From: Armatimonadota bacterium
GTDB taxonomy: Bacteria; Armatimonadota; HRBIN16
Length of the DNA: 64,000 bases
Direction: 5' to 3'
Assembly: GCA_963677485.1 (NCBI GenBank)
Contig: OY781964.1
Coordinates: forward strand, 1 to 64,000
Below the pieces are notes generated by a model that was given only the letters and a program-made list of their open reading frames with translations, did no database searches and had not been told where the DNA came from. Positions 11,250 to 20,784 of this stretch are shown here, in pieces; the first letter of the stretch is position 1, and each line of letters begins with the position of its first letter. A program made the position numbers and the translations under genes.

Positions 11250-11339
11250 GGTTTTAGGGGATACGAGCCGTTACGCAACCCACATCCCCTGCCTTGTCGC
11301 GGCAAATTGGCCACTACCCCACACCGCACGATCGACCCA

Positions 11340-11373
11340 CTGACAATTGTCAATTGACAACTGACAATTGACA
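11340..11373. repeat. Heptamer tandem/palindromic repeat (tgacaat-like, 5 units)
   Basis: ctgacaattgtcaattgacaactgacaattgaca. Confidence 0.75.
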
Positions 11374-11443
11374 TATGGCCCCTATCCCCTTCCCATACGT
11401 CCAAAAGGTATACTCTATATACTCAGCCCTGATGGAGATCCCC

Positions 11444-14227
11444 ATGAACAAAAAACCCGTCGCAAAGTGGTCCATAGTCACCCTGATCGCGTTGCTGGCA
11501 CTGTCCAGCCTATGCGCCAAACCGCAACCCGTGAAATTCAGCTTCGAGGCTTCGCAGGAAGGCTGGATCGCCCTGCCGCCCCCCGCAGGAGTGGAGACCA
11601 CCCTCACGCTCTCAGACGATTCATCAGGTGCGGCGGGCAACAAGAAGTCGCTGCAGGTTGACTACACTCCCCTACCCAAGACCATCGCGGGCGTGCTTCA
11701 TGCCGCTCAGGGTCTGACCGGCCAGGGCGTGCGTCTCCGAGTGAAAACAGCTACGGCCGCCATGCTGGTTCTCGGGCTGGCGGAGCGCGATGGCTCCAAC
11801 TATATGCACGTCATACAAACTGAGGGTGGAAAATGGCAGTTGGTTGACATCCGGTTCGACGCGTTCACGCTGAGCAGCGATTCGTCTGACGAGAACGGCA
11901 AACTGGATGTAGATCAGATCGGCACCATAATAGTGGCCGATGCCGCCGGGTTCTCCCCCCTGAGGCTAGCCAAACAGACCATTTGGGTGGATGAATATGA
12001 GATATTGGCTAAGATCGATTCGCCAAAACCCAAGCCATATCTCTCAATACTCGAAACGGGCATGCCCTCAGCGTCTGGCGCACGCGCCACAGCACGGGTC
12101 ACCTACCCCAAGGGCAAAATCGGCCAGGGGATGCTGGTCAATTCGGCCGGGCAGCTCGTGGTGCTTCCGCTCAAGTTCACGCCCAACAAAGAGGGCGGCT
12201 GGAGCTGGGATCAAGGAACGGTCGAGATGTGGATCAGCCCTCAGTTCGATATGACTCAGGTTCCGGATTTCGCCGCCCTGATCTCGATGCATGATGAGCC
12301 GTTCATGCCGGGTCTGCGCGGCAGCCTGCTGCTCATCTACACCAAAACCCATCAAATCGGCTACATGATCAACGGCAACATGGAGACCATCTTGGCCTCG
12401 CCGACGCTGAACTGGAAGAAGGGCGAATGGCACCACGTGGCCATTTCCTGGGGCAGCAAAGGTATGTGCTTCTACCTGGACGGCAAACTGACCGGCAAGA
12501 ACTCCGTCACCGACGGCCCGGGCATACTCTCCGCCGACATGGTGGTGGGAAGCCACGCCTGGCCGGTCGCCATGCAGAAGATGTCGAACACCATCATAGA
12601 CGAACTGCGCGTGTCGAAGATTCAACGCACCAGTGGTGAGATCGCGGCCATGGCCAAATCGAAACTACCCCTTCAGTCCGATGCCAACACCCTGGCCTTT
12701 GCACACTTCGATGGGTCGCCTGTGCCGCCCATCGAGATCAAGCAGGACACCGTAGCGTTTCACGAAACGCCCATCGGCCAACCCGTCAACCTGATCGCCG
12801 GCATTCCGGGCAAGATACCAGCGAGTTCGCAGCTCGCCTACACCATCACCACACCGGGTGGTGGCGTGGTGCGCAAGGGCGTGGTCAAGCCCGTCCCAGC
12901 CGGCTCGGGCAGTGCGGTCGCGGTGGAGTTGTCGCCGTTTGAGGCCTCTGGATATTACCGCATCGCACTCAGTTTGAACAGCGGACAGCAACAGGTCAAC
13001 AAGGGTCTGGGTTGGTTCAAAGTCAACACCCCAGGGGCATCCGCCGGATCGCTGCTATTCGGTGCCTCCGGCTGTTACGCGGAGTTCACCCCAGGCGAGG
13101 ATTTCTTCAAATACGCCGCAGCGGCCGGAGTACGCTCACTCAGGACCTCCTTCGAGTGGTTTGAGATCGAGCCAAAAGAGGGCCAGTTCGATTGGACAAA
13201 ATACGACCAGATCGTGAAGTGGGCAGACAAATACGGCGTGGAGCTGATCCCCACATTCATCTGGGAGAAGCCGCAGCCCGAGTGGGCCGGTCAGGGAACC
13301 ATCAAGAAGGGCACAGATGAGATGCGCTACCCTCCGCAGGATATGGCCAAGTGGAGCGAATTCGTCACCCAGGTGGTGAACCGCTACAAGGGCAGCATCC
13401 ACTGGTGGATACCCGCCAACGAGCCGAACCTGGCAAGATACTGGGCACCTGTGGCCGATCCCAAAGCCTACACCGCGCTATTGAAGGTCACAGCCACCGC
13501 TGTCAAAAAGGCCGACCCGCAAGCGAAGGTTCTGGGCTGCAGCGTGTCCGTGATGGACCTCAACTTCCTGGAGGAGTGTTTCAAGCAGGGAGCCCTGGAT
13601 GACTCCGACGCGATTGGTGTGCACCCTTATATCTGTCCCAACAGCCCCGACGCGGTCGTCCCGATTAACATGATGGATCCCAGCTCGCAGCACGGCAACT
13701 TTGCCCAATCGCTGGCGGCAGGCAAGGCACTGATTTCCAAATACGGTGGCAAGCAGAAATTGTGGCTTGATGAGGCCGGTCAACCGTATCGTGATGACTT
13801 CATCGCCGCCAACTGGGGCGTGTCCGAGCCCACCGCAGCTGAGGATCTGACCAAGATATACCTGGAGTCGATGGCTTCGGGAGCGGTTGACCGCGTGATG
13901 TGGTTCTCGTTCTTCGGCGGGGAGTATGGCTCATTCGCGCTGATCAAGCCCGATGGCACCCCTAGTCTGCTGATGGCCGCCTATACCGCTGTGTCAGAGC
14001 GCCTTAGCGGTGCCGAGTTCGTGAAGATCGGCGATCGTGGCGAAGGCGTGCGCTCGCTGGTCTTCCAGAAAGGCGGTCAGCGGATTGAGGCGGTCTGGCA
14101 GCCAAGTGGAGTGTCAAGCATCACCCTTCAACCCGGCGAGAAGGCGTTCGACATGTTTGGCTTCGCCATACCCGACGGCCCGTGGAAACTCACCACCCAG
14201 CCGGTTTATTTGGTTAGGACAGATTGA
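11444..14227 (+). CDS. Secreted clan GH-A glycoside hydrolase (GH39/GH42/GH5-like) with N-terminal CBM-like and LamG domains
   Basis: Signal peptide MNKKP...; GTVEMWI/WHHVAISW/IDELRVS LamG; FEWFEIEP..GQFDW, NEPN acid/base, LWLDE nucleophile. Confidence 0.8.
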   Translation: MNKKPVAKWSIVTLIALLALSSLCAKPQPVKFSFEASQEGWIALPPPAGVETTLTLSDDSSGAAGNKKSLQVDYTPLPKTIAGVLHAAQGLTGQGVRLRVKTATAAMLVLGLAERDGSNYMHVIQTEGGKWQLVDIRFDAFTLSSDSSDENGKLDVDQIGTIIVADAAGFSPLRLAKQTIWVDEYEILAKIDSPKPKPYLSILETGMPSASGARATARVTYPKGKIGQGMLVNSAGQLVVLPLKFTPNKEGGWSWDQGTVEMWISPQFDMTQVPDFAALISMHDEPFMPGLRGSLLLIYTKTHQIGYMINGNMETILASPTLNWKKGEWHHVAISWGSKGMCFYLDGKLTGKNSVTDGPGILSADMVVGSHAWPVAMQKMSNTIIDELRVSKIQRTSGEIAAMAKSKLPLQSDANTLAFAHFDGSPVPPIEIKQDTVAFHETPIGQPVNLIAGIPGKIPASSQLAYTITTPGGGVVRKGVVKPVPAGSGSAVAVELSPFEASGYYRIALSLNSGQQQVNKGLGWFKVNTPGASAGSLLFGASGCYAEFTPGEDFFKYAAAAGVRSLRTSFEWFEIEPKEGQFDWTKYDQIVKWADKYGVELIPTFIWEKPQPEWAGQGTIKKGTDEMRYPPQDMAKWSEFVTQVVNRYKGSIHWWIPANEPNLARYWAPVADPKAYTALLKVTATAVKKADPQAKVLGCSVSVMDLNFLEECFKQGALDDSDAIGVHPYICPNSPDAVVPINMMDPSSQHGNFAQSLAAGKALISKYGGKQKLWLDEAGQPYRDDFIAANWGVSEPTAAEDLTKIYLESMASGAVDRVMWFSFFGGEYGSFALIKPDGTPSLLMAAYTAVSERLSGAEFVKIGDRGEGVRSLVFQKGGQRIEAVWQPSGVSSITLQPGEKAFDMFGFAIPDGPWKLTTQPVYLVRTD

Positions 14228-14228
14228 C

Positions 14229-14612
14229 GTAGGGGCATGGCGTGCCGTGCCCTCACCAACGACCGCGCCGGTTTTCCCTAACCGGGGCGGTCTTTCCGGT
14301 TCCTATTGATCGGACGGATCAGGCGGATCGGACCGATAACGGCAGGTACGTTTTATGGGCGGGGAGACCCCGCCCCTACGATCGTTCGTAGGGGCGGGGT
14401 CTCCCCGCCCATGACACGGTTTGGTACACGTACTGGGCATGGCGTGCCGTGCCCAATGTGCCGTGCCCATATTCGAATGCCGTGGATTTATCGGGGCCGG
14501 GGAACGAAACGGGGTTTGGGCACGGCACGCCATGCCCCTACGGTTTCCTCGTCCCCACAAACGTCCCGTCTCCATCCGTGTAATCCGCGCGATCCGTGTA
14601 ATCCATGGTTCA
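14229..14612. repeat. Cluster of GTAG-type REP palindromes and 9-mer repeats between convergent genes
   Basis: REP units at 14229-14252, 14357-14379, 14388-14410, 14430-14454, 14518-14541; cggatc repeats 14308-14335; atccgtgta repeats 14574-14612. Confidence 0.85.
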
Positions 14613-14624
14613 AACAATACGCCC

Positions 14625-15218
14625 CTACCGCGGTTGGACGCCCATCACAAACGTGCTCACCACGTGCTCCACCAGCTCATCATGCGGGTAGTGGCGGTCC
14701 TCAAGGTAGTCAATGGTGATGAAGGCGTTCATCATGCCAAACAGGCTGACGGCCCCTTTAAACGCATCATGGACACGAAACTCCCCAGCCTCAATTCCGC
14801 GCTGCAGAAGCTCGCGCACCATGGTCAAGGTGGCCACAAACTGCTGGGCGAACTGCTTCGACTGCGCGTCCTGTCGTTGGGCCCCCACGATCTCGCGGTA
14901 GACGATGCGCACCAGCCCAGGTCGGCTCTCCGAAAACAGCAGGTAGCCCCTTAAAAAGGCGCGGATGCCCTCCACGGCACTGCCCTGCTGGGAGATAGCC
15001 TCAAGCGTCATCTCGCGCAACATCGCGATGCCCTCAGAGAGGATCGTGATATACAGATCCTCTTTATGCCGGAAATAGTAATACAGAAGCGCGCGGTTGA
15101 CCTCAGCTCTCAGCGATATCTCGCCAATGGAGGTGGCATCATACCCTCGCTCAGCAAACAGCACCTCTGCAGAGCGCATGATGCGGTCTCTCGCGGAGGC
15201 CTTCATCGAATTTGTCAT
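14625..15218 (-). CDS. TetR/AcrR family transcriptional regulator
   Basis: LFAERGYDATSIGEI...LLYYYFRHKEDL HTH. Confidence 0.92.
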   Translation of the reverse strand: MTNSMKASARDRIMRSAEVLFAERGYDATSIGEISLRAEVNRALLYYYFRHKEDLYITILSEGIAMLREMTLEAISQQGSAVEGIRAFLRGYLLFSESRPGLVRIVYREIVGAQRQDAQSKQFAQQFVATLTMVRELLQRGIEAGEFRVHDAFKGAVSLFGMMNAFITIDYLEDRHYPHDELVEHVVSTFVMGVQPR

Positions 15219-15269
15219 CTTCGTCCTATCCTATCTCGCCATCCGTAGTTATTTTACTTGGAATGAATA

Positions 15270-16424
15270 CTAGTTGCAGCCCTTGTTGTCTAGTTGCAGC
15301 CGTCGGCACCCCCAGGAGGCCCATATCAAGGCAATCACCAGCCAGGCCAACAACACCAATACTGTAGAGCCTATCACAGCCGCATCACAGCCCACCAACG
15401 CGATCTTGCGTACCGCATCGGCGTAGTGAGTCAGCGGCATGATGAGCACCGCCTTGTGCAGCCAGTCTGGCATCGCCATCAGCGGCCACGTAAAGCCTGT
15501 CAAAGTGAACAACGGGGCACTGAGCGTCAGCAGCATCTGCGCCGACAAGATCGCATTCCGTGTCATCGCGCCTAATCCAATACCACACAGGATATGGATC
15601 ACCAGATACAGCACCATCAGCCCCAGTATGGCAGCAAATGAGCCACGTACCGGCATCTTGAAGAACCAGATCGGCATCGACATGGAGATCACCGAAAGAG
15701 GAACTAGCAACATACATTGCCCCAGCAGTTTGCCCCACATCACCTGCAGCCAGCTTCTGCCCGCTAAGGACTTGCGCCGCTGACGTTCCTCGAACTCCAG
15801 CCCCATCACCATGCTGGCACCCAACATGCAAACCTGCTGCATAGCGATACATGCCAGTCCGAACAACATGAACGCGGAGTAATTAAAGCTGCTCAGCCAC
15901 ATGCTGCGCGTCTCCACGCTGATGGGCAGTGCCTGGCCGGCAGCCTGGCTCTTTGTTGAACCTGTGGCCATCAGCTTGAGTATGCGGGCTTGCACCCTGT
16001 AACTGCTCAGCACGCCCAATGCCGCCTTATACACGACGTTGCCCATAATCACATTACTGCCATCAAGCGTGAGCATCACCGCGGGAGCACGCCCTGACTT
16101 CAGGTCACGTGCCATGTGCGTCGGGATCACTACACAGCAAAAACTCTTGCCATCGCGGTTGAGCTGCTCATATTGCGCCATCGAGTTTACGGTGTAGGCA
16201 TACCGCAGCCCGTCGGTGACGTCCATATCCTGAACCAACGCACGGGAGATGGCACTGTTGTCGTTGTCGATCACCGTGAAGGGCACATTCTGCACACGCC
16301 CTTGAACATACACAAACCCAAACACCGTCATGTAGAACGCCTGTCCCAGCAGAACGATGGTCCGAAGGGTTCGGTTATTGAGCACGCTCATCACTTCTCG
16401 AAGAGCAATCCGCCAAACGCTCAT
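15270..16424 (-). CDS. ABC-2 type transporter permease (YbhR/S-like)
   Basis: N-terminal TM, IDNDNSAISR periplasmic domain, LTGFTWP..AMP...PLTHY. Confidence 0.88.
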   Translation of the reverse strand: MSVWRIALREVMSVLNNRTLRTIVLLGQAFYMTVFGFVYVQGRVQNVPFTVIDNDNSAISRALVQDMDVTDGLRYAYTVNSMAQYEQLNRDGKSFCCVVIPTHMARDLKSGRAPAVMLTLDGSNVIMGNVVYKAALGVLSSYRVQARILKLMATGSTKSQAAGQALPISVETRSMWLSSFNYSAFMLFGLACIAMQQVCMLGASMVMGLEFEERQRRKSLAGRSWLQVMWGKLLGQCMLLVPLSVISMSMPIWFFKMPVRGSFAAILGLMVLYLVIHILCGIGLGAMTRNAILSAQMLLTLSAPLFTLTGFTWPLMAMPDWLHKAVLIMPLTHYADAVRKIALVGCDAAVIGSTVLVLLAWLVIALIWASWGCRRLQLDNKGCN

Positions 16425-17575
16425 ACCCTGGCACCAGCCGTGTAGAGCTTCATATTACGCATGCATCCGATGATTCCGGCCGCCAAACCCATCACGGCCC
16501 ACACCAACAGTGGCCATATGTGACCCCAGTTGTCAGTCAGGCCCAGCCCCATCAGATGGTTGCGCCTGATCACCTCAGCAAAGTGCGTGATGGGCAGCAT
16601 ACCTGCGATCACACGCAATGCAGAGGGTAACGCGTTGGTGGGCCATGTAAAACCGCTCATGAGGAATGATGGCATTGCGATGACCGCGAAGGTGCCAAGC
16701 GTTCGCTGAGGATCATGGATCAAAATACTAAAACCGACCCCAACCATGCACATCACCATGCTGAAGTAGGCCGTGAACCACATCACGAATACCATGGATC
16801 CCAGCAGATGCGCTTGAACCACAGAGATGGATAACCACATGGTCACCATCGACAACGGCACCAGGATCACGGTGTATGCACTCCACTTGGCGAATATCTC
16901 CACCAACAGACTGCGTTTTCCGAGTGTATTGACAGCCGTCGTCTCCAATGTCATCAATAATGGGATGAGCTGTATGGCAATGCCCACCAGTCCAAGCAGT
17001 ACGAAGTTGGCGTAGTTTTGGTTGAACGCAGGGTTGTTGAGTGCGCGGATTGTGCTGTCCAGCGGCAGCGCATCGGTCATAGCCGCTGACCGTGCTTCAC
17101 CGCGCGATGCCATGCTGCGAGCCACATCCACACCAACGGCGTAGGTGGTTCCTATGCTGCTGATCGTCTGTAAAGCCACATTGCCTATGGCCATATTACT
17201 ATTGTCGATCAGTGCCTGTATCTTGGCTCCACGGCCACGCTGCACGTCTCTGGAAAAATGCTGTGGAAATACCAGCATCAGCTTTGCCGTATCACGTAAC
17301 GCGAGTTGTTTGAACTCGTTCGGGCTGTTCGCATACCCGGCAAACCGGAAATACTCGCTCTGTTGCACGCCTTGAATGATCTCACGGCTCAGTGCGGAGT
17401 CATCAGCATCCACCACCACAAACGGGATAGCAACCACCTTCTGCTGCGAATAGACGGCTCCCAGCAGACCACCATACAACAAAGGTGCCAGCACAGCTAT
17501 GATCAGCATCGCTCGCCTTGACAGTATGTGCCGCCACTCCTGCCGGAACATCCGCCAAAAACCCACTCGATTCAT
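16421..17575 (-). CDS. ABC-2 type transporter permease (YbhR/S-like)
   Basis: VVDADDSALSR, MSGFTWP, PITHF; multiple TMs. Confidence 0.88.
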   Translation of the reverse strand: MNRVGFWRMFRQEWRHILSRRAMLIIAVLAPLLYGGLLGAVYSQQKVVAIPFVVVDADDSALSREIIQGVQQSEYFRFAGYANSPNEFKQLALRDTAKLMLVFPQHFSRDVQRGRGAKIQALIDNSNMAIGNVALQTISSIGTTYAVGVDVARSMASRGEARSAAMTDALPLDSTIRALNNPAFNQNYANFVLLGLVGIAIQLIPLLMTLETTAVNTLGKRSLLVEIFAKWSAYTVILVPLSMVTMWLSISVVQAHLLGSMVFVMWFTAYFSMVMCMVGVGFSILIHDPQRTLGTFAVIAMPSFLMSGFTWPTNALPSALRVIAGMLPITHFAEVIRRNHLMGLGLTDNWGHIWPLLVWAVMGLAAGIIGCMRNMKLYTAGARV

Positions 17576-17579
17576 ATTG

Positions 17580-18935
17580 CTATCGCCCTGAGTCCGCCAG
17601 CGGAAGAGCGACTCTCGCGGTCATCCCAGCACGCATTCGTGGGTCTGGTTTCAGGAGCTTGACAACGATCTGAAGCGATTTGACATCGGTGCTGTTGGTT
17701 TCGTTGGTGGCCTTCTTAACTGCAAACGCGGCCGCGGCGCCTACTCGAACGATACGGGCGTCGTAGCTATTCTCACCCATGGCTGGCAGGCTCACCTTCA
17801 CGACATCACCCAGTTTAAGCTGAGCAAACAGGCTCTCATCCGCGTAGACCTTCACCCGGAAGGTGTGGTTGTTAGATAGGGTAATAATGGGATATCCGGC
17901 GTTAACCATCTCACCTGGGTCGGACAGACGGGTCGAAACAAACCCATCCACGGGCGCGTAGATCAGCGTCTCATGCTTGTATGATGACGCCTCCTGCACC
18001 TGACCTCGAGCGGCTTTGGCCTTCGAAGAGGCCGCGAGTTGGTCCATCTGACGGATGTTCACCTGCGCCATGGCATCCTGAGCCTGCCGGAGTTGGGCCT
18101 CCGCAGCACTCACGCCGGCTCGCGCCTTGTCGATATCTTCCTTACGCGCACCTTTCTTGGCCAGTGTTAACTGGGCAGCGGTCGCCGAAAGGTTCGCGCG
18201 GGCTTGATCGATGTCTTCCTTACGAGCCCCCTCTTTGGCCATGTCCAGCTTGGCTTCCGCAGCCTCCATAGATGCTTTGGCCGAGAGATACTGCATCCGC
18301 ACCTCATCCTCTTTTTGCCTTGGAAGAACTCCATCATCGCTGAGGCTGCTCACACGCTTCCAAGTGGCCTCCGCGGCGTCAAACTGCGCCTTTGAGGCGG
18401 AGAGCCCCGCCTCAGCCTGCCGAAGCTCCTGTGGGCGCACCGCGGTCATGGCCAACTGCAGCTTCGCTTTCGCGGCATCATACGCCGCTTCGGCTTGACG
18501 CAACTGCTCTGGGCGTGTCGCGTGGAGAGCCATGGTCAGTGTGGCCTTCGCGGCCGCCAAGTTGGCAGCCGCCAGTTGCACCTGATCGCGGCCAGACGCA
18601 TCCTGCAGCCCTACCGCCAGACCGGCTTGCTGCACGATGGCATCGGCCGCATCCGCCATACCCGTAGCCTGCGTGAGCTTGGCATCCACTTCCTTGGATT
18701 CCAATACAGCAAGCAGCTCGCCTGCTTTCACGGAGTCGCCTTCGTCAACCGTCATCCTGGCGATACGCCCTGGGATTTTCGAGCTGACATCAACCTCATC
18801 GGTCTCCAATGTGCTCTCAATGATGGCTGCCCCATCTTTCACCGGCACACCAAGATCAGCATGCTTTTTGCCACAGCCTGAAACGGCAAGCGCGGCTATA
18901 CTCACTGCGAACACTACAGGTAAAGATATCTTCAT
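17580..18935 (-). CDS. HlyD-family membrane fusion lipoprotein (YbhG-like)
   Basis: Lipobox VSGC, VSSKIPGRI..V.EGD.V, coiled repeats, IYAPVDG. Confidence 0.9.
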   Translation of the reverse strand: MKISLPVVFAVSIAALAVSGCGKKHADLGVPVKDGAAIIESTLETDEVDVSSKIPGRIARMTVDEGDSVKAGELLAVLESKEVDAKLTQATGMADAADAIVQQAGLAVGLQDASGRDQVQLAAANLAAAKATLTMALHATRPEQLRQAEAAYDAAKAKLQLAMTAVRPQELRQAEAGLSASKAQFDAAEATWKRVSSLSDDGVLPRQKEDEVRMQYLSAKASMEAAEAKLDMAKEGARKEDIDQARANLSATAAQLTLAKKGARKEDIDKARAGVSAAEAQLRQAQDAMAQVNIRQMDQLAASSKAKAARGQVQEASSYKHETLIYAPVDGFVSTRLSDPGEMVNAGYPIITLSNNHTFRVKVYADESLFAQLKLGDVVKVSLPAMGENSYDARIVRVGAAAAFAVKKATNETNSTDVKSLQIVVKLLKPDPRMRAGMTARVALPLADSGR

Positions 18936-18937
18936 AG

Positions 18938-20275
18938 CTAGTCCTTGAGACGAATTTGTGCATTGCCATCAAGCAGACTGTCGGTCAGCTTGCGCAACGC
19001 GAGATACGCGGTATCCATTTGGTAAAGTGCCTGCTGACGCTGCACCTGAGCGTTCTGAACATTGAGAATGGCATCCAGTTGTTCTACGCTGGTTCCGGCT
19101 CCGACTTCAAACCGCTTGGTAGCAAGCCGTTGTGCCTCTTCAGCCGTTTCTACGCTCTTGTTAGCGGAGATGAGCCCCTGCTGTGCACTGCCCAACTGCT
19201 GATAAGCCTGCTGAACCATCAGCTTCAAACCATCAGCGTACATCAGCGCCGTATTGGCTGTGTCAGCAGCCTGCGCGTGCTGATCTTTGGCATCTGCGCG
19301 GGCCTGACCGCCGTCAAAGAAGTTCCACTGCATACCCAGGATGACTGTTGTTTTCGGCTCCATGATGGTCAGGTCATCCTTCAGAAGCTCCTGCTTAGCG
19401 ATCAACGCAATTTGCGGCTTATCGGCAGCACCAGCCACCTTCGCCATGCTCTCCTGCGCACCAGTCTTCAGCTTCAGTGCTTTGAGTTCGCGTGAGTTCA
19501 TCAACGCGTCATTTTGGGTCTGAGGGAGTGAAGGGTTCCAGGTCAGCTCAGACAGCGGAGTTGAGAGAGCCAGTTGTGTATCAAGCGGCATGTTCAGTTT
19601 GTTGAGCAGTGCACTCACCGCCAGATCACGCATATATGTGGCATCTGTTAGTCGTTTCTGCTGCGCGGAGAGCTCAGACTCTGCACGCAGCACATCATAC
19701 CTGGCGACCGTGCCGGCTTTGAACAGGCTTTGGGCGTTGTTGACATGCTTCGTCACGGTGTCCAGAGCGGTTTGATGAACCTCTACCACACTTTGTGCTA
19801 GTTGAGCCTGGTAATAAGCCACGCTCATGTCATAGACCACATTGTTGATTTTGCCCTTATTGGACTCCAATACAGCCTTCAAACCCTGATCGGCCGCGCT
19901 TTTGGCGTTTTCGATCCGTCCACTGGTATACAATGGCAGGTTCATTCCCAGAGTCGCACGAGTGCTGAACTCCTGGCCAAGGGCGATCGGTGGGATTTTA
20001 ATGGGCAACGCGGGTATATTGAGTGACATTTGGGGAGGATCAGGCAGCCAGGTAGTCGAAGGCTTCAAATCGAACTTGGGCATGGACAGGCTTTTAGCGG
20101 CGTCCTTCTTCGCTTCAGCCATCTGCTGACCATATCGCGTGCTTTTGATCTCCAGATTATTCTCGATGCAGCTTTTGGCGGCGTCTTGAATGCTCATCGT
20201 GACCGGCTCTGCATAACATGCCAGTGATACGACTGTCGCGCAAGCGATCAAACTGTAGTTCATGGTTCTGTTCAT
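18938..20275 (-). CDS. TolC-family outer membrane efflux protein
   Basis: Signal peptide, PLYTSGRI, WNFFDGG, RFEVGAGT motifs. Confidence 0.9.
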   Translation of the reverse strand: MNRTMNYSLIACATVVSLACYAEPVTMSIQDAAKSCIENNLEIKSTRYGQQMAEAKKDAAKSLSMPKFDLKPSTTWLPDPPQMSLNIPALPIKIPPIALGQEFSTRATLGMNLPLYTSGRIENAKSAADQGLKAVLESNKGKINNVVYDMSVAYYQAQLAQSVVEVHQTALDTVTKHVNNAQSLFKAGTVARYDVLRAESELSAQQKRLTDATYMRDLAVSALLNKLNMPLDTQLALSTPLSELTWNPSLPQTQNDALMNSRELKALKLKTGAQESMAKVAGAADKPQIALIAKQELLKDDLTIMEPKTTVILGMQWNFFDGGQARADAKDQHAQAADTANTALMYADGLKLMVQQAYQQLGSAQQGLISANKSVETAEEAQRLATKRFEVGAGTSVEQLDAILNVQNAQVQRQQALYQMDTAYLALRKLTDSLLDGNAQIRLKD

Positions 20276-20296
20276 GGCAAGGCTCCCTATTGAGTA

Positions 20297-20356
20297 TTAA
20301 CCAAAAGTTAAATACCCGTTTAGTTATATATTACATCGTGTTTGGCCTTTTGTCAG
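20297..20356 (-). promoter_or_regulatory. Sigma70-like promoter with downstream palindrome (candidate TetR operator)
   Basis: Minus strand CTGACA-17 nt-TAATAT (20356-20328); ttaac-caaaa-gttaa at 20297-20311. Confidence 0.55.
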
Positions 20357-20784
20357 CTTTTATCATGAATTCAGGGTGGTTTTTTTCGATAAACCGGTCT
20401 TTCACCGATCTGGTGTTCCCTATTCCGACGCGTTTAGTGCAAGCTGAGGTGCGACCTGTTCTATTAGAGCCATAAAACGCCTGACAAGATTCTCTTGCGT
20501 TTCTAGCTGAAGCTGCGGCCGTCGGAATGCATACTCCGCTAACGCGTTTTTCAACTCGTCAACAATATATGGAACTGCTTGCTGTGGATGTGCTGGCAGT
20601 CCCATGAACGCTTCATCGGTCGATTTACTTTCTACAGGTATATCCAGTGAGACCACGAAGGTACCTGCCGCATAGTCACGCAGTGTGGTAGAACCGAAAC
20701 CTCTCCATACTACTACATCTGGTGACTATACGAGCACGCAGGTAATACTAGATGCTTCTGTCGTTATGATCACACGACTGGCAA

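Noticed and set aside
14229-14612. Possible CRISPR array
   Set aside because: Repeats are inverted, heterogeneous and irregularly spaced; no cas genes
20420-20656. 78-aa ORF downstream of pilC
   Set aside because: No RBS or recognisable motif; cannot be supported
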